From an uncultured Acidobacteriota bacterium (GTDB lineage: Bacteria; Acidobacteriota; UBA6911), in the NCBI GenBank assembly GCA_963827655.1, contig CAWHCF010000010.1, forward strand, positions 1 to 64,000: a stretch of DNA of 64,000 bases. The letters are read 5' to 3'. Positions within the stretch are counted from its first letter, which is position 1; each line of letters opens with the position of its first letter. Positions 41,016-49,568 of the stretch are shown one piece after another. The position numbers and the translations under genes were made by a program. Under the pieces are notes generated by a model. That model saw nothing but the letters and a program-made list of their open reading frames with translations, was not told the origin of the DNA and searched no databases.

Positions 41016-41961
41016 ATGCGTCGTTTTCTGATATCAGCGCTTCTTCTCCTCAGCCTTTCGTTCCCCGGGCCGGCGGGCGATCTCCTGCTGCCGCTCAGAA
41101 CGAATTCGATTCGTTTTGCGGTCATCGGAGACAGCGGAACCGGGGATAAGGGTCAGCTTGAAATAGGAGGGCAACTCGCCGACTTCAGGACAAGATTTCT
41201 CTTTGAGTTTGTGATCATGTTGGGCGATAACCTTTACGGTGGTGAAGGACCGGGAGACTACCAGCGGAAATTCGAGCGTCCTTACAAGGCCCTTCTGGAT
41301 GCCGGCGTCAAGTTCTATGCCTCCCTGGGAAATCACGACAATCCCAACCAGCGGTTTTACAAGCTGTTCAACATGGATGGGCAACGTTACTACAACTTCA
41401 AGCCCCAAGACCGAGTACGGTTTTTTGCGCTCGACAGCAACTACATGGATAAGCCGCAGCTCGCGTGGCTGGAAAAGGAGCTGCGCAATTCCGACGGAGG
41501 AATGGAAGATCTGCTTCTTCCACCATCCACTGTATTCGTCGGGCGAGAGGCATGGTCCTGATCTGGAGTTGCGCTCGGTACTGGAGCCGCTGTTCCTGAA
41601 ATACGGCGTAGATGTCGTGTTCGCGGGGCACGAGCACTTCTACGAGCGACTCAAGCCGCAGAACGGGATCCAATACTTCATCTCGGGCGGAGCAGGCAAA
41701 GTGCGCAAGTCGAACATTGCCGTCACCGGCCTGACAGCCAAGGGATTCGATCAGGACCTGCACTTCATGCTGGTCGAAATCGACGGCGATGAATTTCATT
41801 TCCAGGCTATCTCTCGCACCGGAGCTACGGTTGACTCCGGCCTGATACGACGACAGGAGAAAACCAGCTCGAGATCCGGCGCCTCTGCGATTCCGATTCT
41901 CGAGTTCGGATCAAGTCCAGGTCCGGTGATCGCAAGCATGCCGGTCCAGGTTCCCGCCTGA
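41016..41961 (+). CDS. Metallophosphoesterase (frameshift near 41495)
   Basis: GDSG, LGDNLY, LGNHD, then FHHP and AGHEHFYER in the second frame. Confidence 0.85.
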
Positions 41962-41986
41962 AAACGAACGCCAGATTCGGGGGATT

Positions 41987-43039
41987 ATGAGTGTCATCAG
42001 CGCCGTCGGCACAGCCGTTCCGTCCTATGGCTACGGCCAGGAGGTGGCGAAAGAATTCGGCCGCGCGCTGTTTCACGAAGCCTTTCCCGAAATCGATCGC
42101 CTCCTGGCAGTTTTCAACCACGCTTCGATTGATCGGCGATATTTTTCGGCCCCGAAAGAGTGGTTCGAAAGCGAACACTCCTTCGCCGACAAGAACAAAC
42201 TCTACAATGAAACGGCCCTCGAAGTCGGCAAAGCCGCGGTCCTCGAATGCCTCACAGCGGCGCGCCTCCGCCCTGAAGACGTCGACCATTTTATTTTTGT
42301 GTCGACGACCGGACTGGCCACACCCAGCATCGACGCGCGCCTGATCAATATTCTCAAGATGCGCAACGACATCTGCCGGACTCCGATCTGGGGACTTGGG
42401 TGCGCGGGCGGCGCCGCAGGCCTTTCCCGGGCCTTCGAATACACGCGGGCGTTCCCCGGCAAGCGCGCCCTGGTTCTCGCCCTCGAGCTATGCGGGCTGA
42501 CCTTTCAGCGCAACGACCTGAGCAAGAGTAACCTGATTGGCGTGTCTTTGTTTGCCGATGGAGCCGCGGCGGCGATGGTGGAGGGAACTGAAGCCGAAGC
42601 GAACGGTCCGCGCATACTCGGGGGCCGCAGCATGCTGTGGTACGACTCGCTGGATGTCATGGGCTGGGACATCAACGATAAGGGCCTGAAGGTGATCTTT
42701 TCTCGAGATATTCCCGCCATCGTAAAGACTTCCGTGCTCCCGAATATTCTGGAGTTCCTGCGAGGACACGGTCTCTCTCTCAGTGCGATCCGCCATCTCG
42801 TCGCTCACCCGGGCGGAGCCAAAGTGCTCGAAGCGTACGAACAGACCCTCCAACTGACCGACGGCCAGCTGAACCACTCCCGCAACGTTCTACGCCACTA
42901 CGGTAATATGTCGTCTCCAACCGTGCTCTTTGTGTTGAAGGAATTCCTCTGCTCCGGAGAGATCCGCGCCGGCGATTACGGTCTCGTGACCGCCCTCGGG
43001 CCTGGCTTCAGCTCGGAGATGATCCTGATTCAGGGGTAG
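41987..43039 (+). CDS. Type III polyketide synthase (BpsA/SrsA-like)
   Basis: GLGCAGG, LFADGAAA, HPGG, GNMSS, LGPGF; Cys-His-Asn triad present. Confidence 0.92.
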   Translation: MSVISAVGTAVPSYGYGQEVAKEFGRALFHEAFPEIDRLLAVFNHASIDRRYFSAPKEWFESEHSFADKNKLYNETALEVGKAAVLECLTAARLRPEDVDHFIFVSTTGLATPSIDARLINILKMRNDICRTPIWGLGCAGGAAGLSRAFEYTRAFPGKRALVLALELCGLTFQRNDLSKSNLIGVSLFADGAAAAMVEGTEAEANGPRILGGRSMLWYDSLDVMGWDINDKGLKVIFSRDIPAIVKTSVLPNILEFLRGHGLSLSAIRHLVAHPGGAKVLEAYEQTLQLTDGQLNHSRNVLRHYGNMSSPTVLFVLKEFLCSGEIRAGDYGLVTALGPGFSSEMILIQG

Positions 43040-43046
43040 TTCAACT

Positions 43047-43628
43047 ATGTTTGCGGCCCTGGTCGCGTTTCTGCTGATCCAGCGCGTCTTCGAGCTTGTG
43101 CTGGCCGAGCGTAATCGAAGGTGGGCCAGGGAGCAGGGGGGCAGGGAAAGCGGCCAGTGGCACTATCCTTTGATCGTCGCGGTGCACGTCGCGTTTTACC
43201 TGTCCCTGGCGCTGGAGTACCGCTATCTTTCCAGCGGGTGGAATGCGCTGTGGCCGGTGTGGCTGGCGATTCTGGCGCTGGCGCAGGCGATGCGCATATG
43301 GGCGATCGCGTCACTCGGACGTTACTGGAACACGCGCATCATCGTGATCCCGGGAAGGAAGCCGGTCATAAGAGGCCCCTATCGCTGGATACGACACCCG
43401 AACTACCTGGTGGTTGTGACCGAGATTTTCGTGATTCCGGTCCTGTGCGGCGCCTACTTCACGGCGGCGTCCTTCTCGGCCATCAATGCGGTTGTGCTTT
43501 ACCTGCGGATTCGCGAAGAAGAACGCGCGGTCGCCAGCCTCGGAGGCATCGATCTCAGCCGGTTCCCCCGTTTTATCCCCAGGATGTCAGGCCTTGAGAA
43601 TTCAGTTTCGCGCCCGGGAGACCCATGA
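43047..43628 (+). CDS. Isoprenylcysteine carboxyl methyltransferase family (BpsB/SrsB-like)
   Basis: LGRYWNTRI, GPYRWIRHPNY, RIREEE; directly follows the PKS. Confidence 0.9.
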   Translation: MFAALVAFLLIQRVFELVLAERNRRWAREQGGRESGQWHYPLIVAVHVAFYLSLALEYRYLSSGWNALWPVWLAILALAQAMRIWAIASLGRYWNTRIIVIPGRKPVIRGPYRWIRHPNYLVVVTEIFVIPVLCGAYFTAASFSAINAVVLYLRIREEERAVASLGGIDLSRFPRFIPRMSGLENSVSRPGDP

Positions 43629-43996
43629 TCTTACCGCTTGTGCTTCGGAGGACGGTACGACCTGATGATTCACGATCTCCTGAACGCCCGAACAGTTCCG
43701 ATGACATCTCTGAGGAGGCCATCGCTGCCAGGAAGCGGCGCTCTCGCCTCAATGCGGTTATCCTGGCTTTGGTCTTTCTGGTCTACAGCTTCGCTCCTCC
43801 GCGCTGGAAACTCTTTGCGCCTCTATTGTTCCTGCTGCCCGTCTTGTATTCACTCTTGAGCCGGCTGCGCGGGGCCTCGATCGAATCTGACCGGCCCGTC
43901 ACCAGGGAAATCGATGCGGAACCGCCCGTTGCAGAACCCTATTCCTACACGCCGAGAGATCCCAACGATCCCCGCCGATACAAGCCGATTGAATGA
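43625..43996 (+). CDS. Small membrane protein
   Basis: Two TM segments; ATGA overlap with the methyltransferase gene. Confidence 0.55.
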   Translation: MILPLVLRRTVRPDDSRSPERPNSSDDISEEAIAARKRRSRLNAVILALVFLVYSFAPPRWKLFAPLLFLLPVLYSLLSRLRGASIESDRPVTREIDAEPPVAEPYSYTPRDPNDPRRYKPIE

Positions 43997-44192
43997 TTCC
44001 GATTGCGGATTGCAGATTGAAAGAATGCTGAAACTCTCGAGGCTCGAGAGCGAGCTTTCAGCGGTCAGCGTCAGCTTCTCAATGAACGCTGTCCGTATGC
44101 GTTTTGCCTCGATGGTGCGCTAAGCCCATTGCGTCGGAATCTAGATACCATATCTGCCCCCACAGCTGATTGCTGATGGCTGAAAGCTGAGC
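43995..44192. repeat. Cluster of degenerate heptamer arrays
   Basis: GATTCCGATTGCGGATTGCAGATTG at ~43995; CTTTCAGCGGTCAGCGTCAGC at ~44055 inverted against GCTGATTGCTGATGGCTGAAAG at ~44165. Confidence 0.6.
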
Positions 44193-44258
44193 GCTCTGCC
44201 GCCGGGTCCAACGGCGGAAATCTGATGAGATGAATTCTCAGATGGACTGGGATTAGAT

Positions 44259-45416
44259 CTAAAGGACGGTAGTTTCGACGATGAGATTTCCTTCCCGGAA
44301 GCGTTCGAGGCGCAGCGCGGATACATCGAGGAAGCGGCATTGCCCGAACGCAATCAGTTCGGCAACGGCCCGGCCGGTTGCGGGCGCATGCATGATGCCG
44401 TGGCCTCCAAAGCCAACGGCCAGAAAAAAACCGGGAAGCTCGGGCACCGGCCCGAGTATGGCGTGATGATCCGGCGTTTCCGGATAAAGACCCGCCCAGC
44501 AACGGCGCGGCTGGATCCGCGCGTCGGAGAGAAATGGGAAACGATGGCTGGCTTTTTCCGAAACAATTTCCAAGAACGCCGGGTCGAAACTGGTGTCAAA
44601 GGTTGATGGATCATTCGGATCCGAATAAGCAAACAAGATTCCGGTGCCTTCACGCCGGATCAAGAGTCCCGTGTCGAGGTCGACCGTCATGGGGATAATC
44701 GGCGCGGCGCCTCCGGTATCTTCAGAGCAGGCGAGCATCCTCTTATAAGGCTTCAGTGGAATCTCGATGCCGGCCCTTTGAGCGAGAATTCCTGCGAAAG
44801 GTCCGGCGGCATTGACCACGGTGCGAGAGAAAATATCCCCTGTCGTCGTCCTGACGCCCAGGACCCCCTGAGAGTCGCGCATGACCTCGATCGTCTCGGA
44901 ATCGGTCATCAGACGAGCGCCGAGCCTTTGCGCAGCTCTGAGGTAACCGTGGGTTGTCCCGTGTGGGTCGATGAAACCGTCCTTAGGGGAGTAGGTGCCG
45001 CAGCGCAGGTCATCCGACCGGACGTAGGGGGCAAGGTCCGAAATCTCTTCGGGAGCAAGCCAGCGATTGGGAACTCCAAGCTTCTGCTGCAGGGCAAAAT
45101 TGGAGCGCAAGCTTTTTTCCCCTTGCTCGGTGGCGGTGATGAAGAGATATCCGGCCTGGAGAAGACCGCAATCCCCGCCGGTCTCATCGCCGAAGCGCTC
45201 GAACGCGGCAATCGAATAATTCGAAGACTCGATGTTGACTGCAGTCGACCATTGGGCGCGGATGCCTCCGTTAGCGCGGGCTGTCGATCCCTGCCCCGCC
45301 GCTGGTTCCTTTTCCAGGAGAGCGACATTGTGGATGCCCAGGGCACAAAGGTGAAACGCGATGCTGCACCCGACCACGCCGGCGCCTACGATGACTACGT
45401 CCGCCGCATCCGGCAT
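44259..45416 (-). CDS. FAD-dependent oxidoreductase (DAO / sarcosine oxidase beta family)
   Basis: VGAGVVG, GSTARANGGIR, WAGLY...TPD, GFGGHG. Confidence 0.9.
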   Translation of the reverse strand: MPDAADVVIVGAGVVGCSIAFHLCALGIHNVALLEKEPAAGQGSTARANGGIRAQWSTAVNIESSNYSIAAFERFGDETGGDCGLLQAGYLFITATEQGEKSLRSNFALQQKLGVPNRWLAPEEISDLAPYVRSDDLRCGTYSPKDGFIDPHGTTHGYLRAAQRLGARLMTDSETIEVMRDSQGVLGVRTTTGDIFSRTVVNAAGPFAGILAQRAGIEIPLKPYKRMLACSEDTGGAAPIIPMTVDLDTGLLIRREGTGILFAYSDPNDPSTFDTSFDPAFLEIVSEKASHRFPFLSDARIQPRRCWAGLYPETPDHHAILGPVPELPGFFLAVGFGGHGIMHAPATGRAVAELIAFGQCRFLDVSALRLERFREGNLIVETTVL

Positions 45417-45470
45417 CTTATCGTCTGCCCCGTTGGAATTTCACGCGTTCACCACAAGACGAAAACAAAT

Positions 45471-45505
45471 ACCACTTGGACACGAAGACACGAAGAAACA
45501 CCAAG
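45471..45505 (+). repeat. ACACGAAG-family repeat
   Basis: ACCACTTGGACACGAAGACACGAAGAAACACCAAG. Confidence 0.82.
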
Positions 45506-45520
45506 TATATATTGCAGGTC

Positions 45521-46675
45521 ATGGAACGGCGCCGTTTCTTGCTTGAGAACTTGAGTCGATGCGCGACCCTGAGCGAGTTGCGCCGCACGGAATTCTTTGC
45601 CCGCTGCAGCCAGGAAATCGAAGAACTTCTCAGCCAGGCCCGCATAGTCCGATGTCCCGAAGCAGTTCCTCGACTCAAGTCGTTCCTCAGAGTGGCCCAG
45701 TGGAACCTCGAAAAAGGCGTGCGGTTCGCACAGATCCTCGAGACCCTGAGGTCCGATGAGGCGCTGAAATGGGCCGATATCATCCTGCTCAATGAAGCGG
45801 ATGTCGGAATGAGCCGGTCGGGAAACCGCGATGTAGCTTGTGAACTGGCGGAATCATTGGGAATGCATATGATTTTCGGGGCGGCTCATCTCGAGCTTAC
45901 GGGCGGCAATCCGGATGCAGAGGGCGAAAATCAAGGAAGTCTCCAGGGAAACGCAGTGCTGAGTCGATATCCCGTTCGAGAGGCTCGAATCATCCCCCTC
46001 CCGACTTGTTTTGAGCCTTACGAATTTCAGGAAAAGCGCTACGGCCGGCGCAACTGTGTCTGGGCCTGCCTCGCCGTCGGCAACAGGGCCTGGTGGGTAG
46101 GATCGACTCACCTGGAGGTAAGAAATACGCCCCGGTGCCGGGCGCTTCAGATGCGCCGAATAATGGAGGCGCTCCCCGGGCAAAACCACGAACCCCACCT
46201 GCTGGGCGGTGATTTCAATTCGAACACTTTTCTCCGCGGGACGTCGTGGCGCACTCTTGCCGCCGCCTGGCGATTGGCGATGAATTCGCCGTCAAAAATG
46301 CAGGCAGAGCTGATTCGCCCGTATGCCGGGAAAGAGCCGCTGTTTCAGGTAGCGCACGCCGCGGGTTTCGGTTGGAAGGAGTTCAACAGCCATGAACCCA
46401 CGGCCTGTGCGCCGCTGGAAGGCCTGGAGGACGCCCGGCTTCTACCCAAATGGGTGCGGAGATCGATACAGAAACGCCTCGACCGGTACCACGGTTACCT
46501 CAGCCTGAAATTGGACTGGTTTCTTGCGCGCAACGCGCGCGCCTTAACCGAGAAGGAAATGCGAGACTCGGACTCTGGCGTATTCTCTGCCGCGCCGGGG
46601 CGCGTAGCCGTGATCCGGAAGGGCCCCAGCCGTTTGTCCGATCACTCTCCCATATACACCGACCTGCGCTTGTGA
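45521..46675 (+). CDS. Endonuclease/exonuclease/phosphatase-family protein
   Basis: QWNLE, LNEAD, GNAVLSRYP, THLE, GGDFN, LDW, SDHSPI. Confidence 0.88.
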   Translation: MERRRFLLENLSRCATLSELRRTEFFARCSQEIEELLSQARIVRCPEAVPRLKSFLRVAQWNLEKGVRFAQILETLRSDEALKWADIILLNEADVGMSRSGNRDVACELAESLGMHMIFGAAHLELTGGNPDAEGENQGSLQGNAVLSRYPVREARIIPLPTCFEPYEFQEKRYGRRNCVWACLAVGNRAWWVGSTHLEVRNTPRCRALQMRRIMEALPGQNHEPHLLGGDFNSNTFLRGTSWRTLAAAWRLAMNSPSKMQAELIRPYAGKEPLFQVAHAAGFGWKEFNSHEPTACAPLEGLEDARLLPKWVRRSIQKRLDRYHGYLSLKLDWFLARNARALTEKEMRDSDSGVFSAAPGRVAVIRKGPSRLSDHSPIYTDLRL

Positions 46676-46680
46676 AGATC

Positions 46681-46715
46681 CTTGGTGTTTCTTCGCGTCT
46701 TCGCGCCTTGGTGGT
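46681..46715 (-). repeat. ACACGAAG-family repeat
   Basis: CTTGGTGTTTCTTCGCGTCTTCGCGCCTTGGTGGT. Confidence 0.8.
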
Positions 46716-46724
46716 ATTCAGCAC

Positions 46725-48200
46725 TCATCGAAACAGCGGCTTCACGGTCAGGGCCGAAAACTGGCCGGGCGAGTTCCCCAATTGCAATGCCGTTACCGCA
46801 AGGAGCGTATTCCGGCTCACGATGCGCAAGGTTCCTTGAAATCCCGAAAGGTCGAGGCCGCTGTAAAGCTGAAACAGAAATCGGGCAAAGTGGCCGTTAG
46901 CCGGAACCGTGGTGTTCCGAATCCCATCGGACCTGCGTCCCGAGCTGTCCCAGAGCTCGAGGCGGATGTCCGCCGGCTTGTTGGTCAGGTTCGACACCGC
47001 CAGCCCGGTGAAAACTCCTCCGCCAGGACCTGGAATAACGGGCAGATCGAACCCGCCGGCCACTTCACTCGAGGCGATTCCGGTGATACCGAGACCGGGC
47101 ACGAGGAACAAGACGTTGCCGGTGACGAGAGAAGAGCCGCGAATCAAGGCGGTTCCCGATCGCAACGATCCCGTCCCCGGGGTGGTAAAGACCGTGGTCT
47201 GATTGGTTTCCATGTTTCCGATTACAAAAGTAGAAGCGGAGCCCTGGCCAATGAAAGGGATGCTCAAGGGCGCCCCGTTGTCATCGCGAAAACTCACGTT
47301 GATCGAGGTAACGTTGCCATGACTGGTATTGGTGAGGACCAGGGAGGAAACGTTCCCTTCGCCATCGGCAATCTGCGGGAAGACAAGGTGAGGAGCGCTC
47401 GGACCGGCCGAGGGATTGCATAGAAATGCGACCAGATTCATGAACAAGGCGTCGGTGACCGGTAGGCTGGGTTCGGAGGTGTTGGTACTCACGTCGCGCT
47501 CGGCGGTCGTGAGCGCGTCCACATCGGCCAGCAAAAGCACGGCCCCGGCGCTCGGACTCAGGCTACCCCGGGGAATCAGGAGCATCGAAGGCCCGGCGCT
47601 GCTCGAGGCGAGCAGCAACGTCCCGGAAGGCCAGCCCCGGAAATATCCTGATTGCGAGGCTCCGCGAAACTGGGTGATTCGGCCGAAGGGACCGGCAAGG
47701 ACCGGGTGGTCCGGAAGGGCCGTCGTGTTCATTTCGCTTCCGGAGGCGTTGAATACCACCCCGAAGAGATCAGAAATGTCGGAGCCAGGATCATCCGACG
47801 TGACCACCAGGCTCATTCCCGCTCGCACGGCAGCCAGGATATCGGCCCTTTCGGCCGGCGTGTAAGTGGACGCCTGAGTATTGCCGGTGAAAAAGATGTT
47901 CACACCTGCCAGGGTTGACGGGATTGCCGTTCCGGTGCCGGGAAACACCGTCACGGCGCGGTTCACGATTCCGGAAGGGCCGAAGAAAGCCGGGTCGCTC
48001 AAATTGGCTCGAGCGCGCCCGAAGTGTGAACCGCTGGTGAAAGACCACTCCGGATTGGGCGCCGTCCGGGTACTGTTGAATCCGCTGCAAACACAGTTCT
48101 GGGCCCACACGGCCGGAGCCATGCCAACAAAGAGAACGAGCCAAACGAAGCGATTGACGATTGACGATTGACGATTGACGATTGAAAAGCATCGACGCAA
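46725..48200 (-). CDS. Secreted hypothetical protein (start uncertain)
   Basis: Signal-like FVWLVLFVGMAPAVWA; C-terminal FPQIADG / TGLAVSN beta-rich modules. Confidence 0.65.
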   Translation of the reverse strand: MRRCFSIVNRQSSIVNRFVWLVLFVGMAPAVWAQNCVCSGFNSTRTAPNPEWSFTSGSHFGRARANLSDPAFFGPSGIVNRAVTVFPGTGTAIPSTLAGVNIFFTGNTQASTYTPAERADILAAVRAGMSLVVTSDDPGSDISDLFGVVFNASGSEMNTTALPDHPVLAGPFGRITQFRGASQSGYFRGWPSGTLLLASSSAGPSMLLIPRGSLSPSAGAVLLLADVDALTTAERDVSTNTSEPSLPVTDALFMNLVAFLCNPSAGPSAPHLVFPQIADGEGNVSSLVLTNTSHGNVTSINVSFRDDNGAPLSIPFIGQGSASTFVIGNMETNQTTVFTTPGTGSLRSGTALIRGSSLVTGNVLFLVPGLGITGIASSEVAGGFDLPVIPGPGGGVFTGLAVSNLTNKPADIRLELWDSSGRRSDGIRNTTVPANGHFARFLFQLYSGLDLSGFQGTLRIVSRNTLLAVTALQLGNSPGQFSALTVKPLFR

Positions 48201-48330
48201 TCGTAAATCGATTTCTAAATCGTCAATCGCTGAATCTTTCGATTCATGGTAGCCAAGAACGTCGCCTCCAATCGTCAATCGTCAATCGTCAATCGTCAAT
48301 CGTCAATCGTAAATCGTAAATCGTCAATCG
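48151..48330. repeat. Inverted heptamer tandem arrays (GATTGAC)n / (CAATCGT)n
   Basis: About 4-5 units at 48151-48185 and about 8-9 units at 48269-48330. Confidence 0.9.
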
Positions 48331-49238
48331 GGTGACGGTGGTTTACGCCCAAACTGTTGTTTAACCAGATCGTACACCTTTAGCATCTCGGTGATGGTGC
48401 GCGGCACGTAATCCGATTTGAGGTAAACCCAGCCCGTCTCGCGATAGAGCTTGCGAGCCTTGATAGGCGTGTAAGAAAAGCGCTTCTGGCGGATGTCCTT
48501 GGCGATGGCCGTATAGGGAATGATCGTGATTCCGATTCCATTCGCGACCATTGCCTTGATGATTTCGACATTCTCGGTTTCCATCGCGATCTCGACCGGT
48601 ATGTGCTCCTCGAGAAAAAACTGATCCAGCACCTTGCGTGTGTTGGAGCCCTGCTCGAACAGAATCAGGGGAAACTTTGCCAGATCCTGCGGCTGCAAGC
48701 TTCGCTTGCGCGAGAGCGGATGTCCCGGGGCCGCCACCACTCCCATCTCTTCCTTCAAGGCGGGAATCACTTCTAAATCCTTGGCTACGATCGGCAAGGT
48801 CAAGAGTCCGAGATCTACCTCGTGATTGCGCACCAGCTTGAGGATGCTTTCGGATGTCCCCGAGGTGACCCGGAGGTCTACCTGCTTGTACAGGCTGCGG
48901 TACTTCTTGAGCAGCTTGGGGAGGATATAGATGCACACGGTCATCCCTCCTCCCAGCCGCAGCGTTCCGCGACGGAGCTGGTGAGTCTCTGAAATTTGCC
49001 AAACCACATCCTGAATATCGCGGAACAGTCGATTGCCGGTCTTGAGCAGCAATTCTCCGGGGTGGGTAAGAACGACTCCTTTCCCGCGCCGGTGCAGCAA
49101 CACGCCGCCCAATTCTTCCTCAAGAAGCTTGATCTGCCGGCTGACTGCGGATTGAGAAACGTGGAGCCGCTCGCCGGCCCGGGTAAAGCTCCCTTCCTCG
49201 GCCACGGCCTGGAACATCTCGAGCTGTCGGATATCCAT
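48324..49238 (-). CDS. LysR-family regulator divergent from gltB
   Basis: MDIRQLEMF...SFTRAGERLHVSQSAVSRQIKLLE; MVANGIGITI. Confidence 0.93.
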   Translation of the reverse strand: MDIRQLEMFQAVAEEGSFTRAGERLHVSQSAVSRQIKLLEEELGGVLLHRRGKGVVLTHPGELLLKTGNRLFRDIQDVVWQISETHQLRRGTLRLGGGMTVCIYILPKLLKKYRSLYKQVDLRVTSGTSESILKLVRNHEVDLGLLTLPIVAKDLEVIPALKEEMGVVAAPGHPLSRKRSLQPQDLAKFPLILFEQGSNTRKVLDQFFLEEHIPVEIAMETENVEIIKAMVANGIGITIIPYTAIAKDIRQKRFSYTPIKARKLYRETGWVYLKSDYVPRTITEMLKVYDLVKQQFGRKPPSPD

Positions 49239-49356
49239 AGCTATTCCAAAATTCGATGGCTTTGATTCGGATGTTGCATCGTGATGATATATCAAAAAGA
49301 GATAATCCGCATGACAATATTCAATTTTACTTATGCATCGGATCCAGGGTACAACC

Positions 49357-49567
49357 ATTGACGATTCACGATTGACGATTTACGATTTGGACCCCAGTGG
49401 CATCGTCAATCCTCAGCCGTTTCATCCCGCGAATCTAACAGGGTGTGCGAAAAGCGTGAACGAGATCGCTGGCAGGTTACAAAAGTTTGAGAATTTCAGA
49501 AATCCAGGATTGATTCGTCAATCGTCAATCGCCAATCGTCAATCGTCAATCGTCAATCGTCAATCGA
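49357..49567. repeat. Inverted heptamer arrays in the gltB 5' region
   Basis: ATTGACGATTCACGATTGACGATTTACGATT at 49357; about 7 CAATCGT units ending just before the gltB ATG. Confidence 0.88.
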
Positions 49568-49568
49568 G

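Noticed and set aside
48151-49567. Possible CRISPR array
   Set aside because: Pure 7-bp tandem units without unique spacers; no cas genes in the window.
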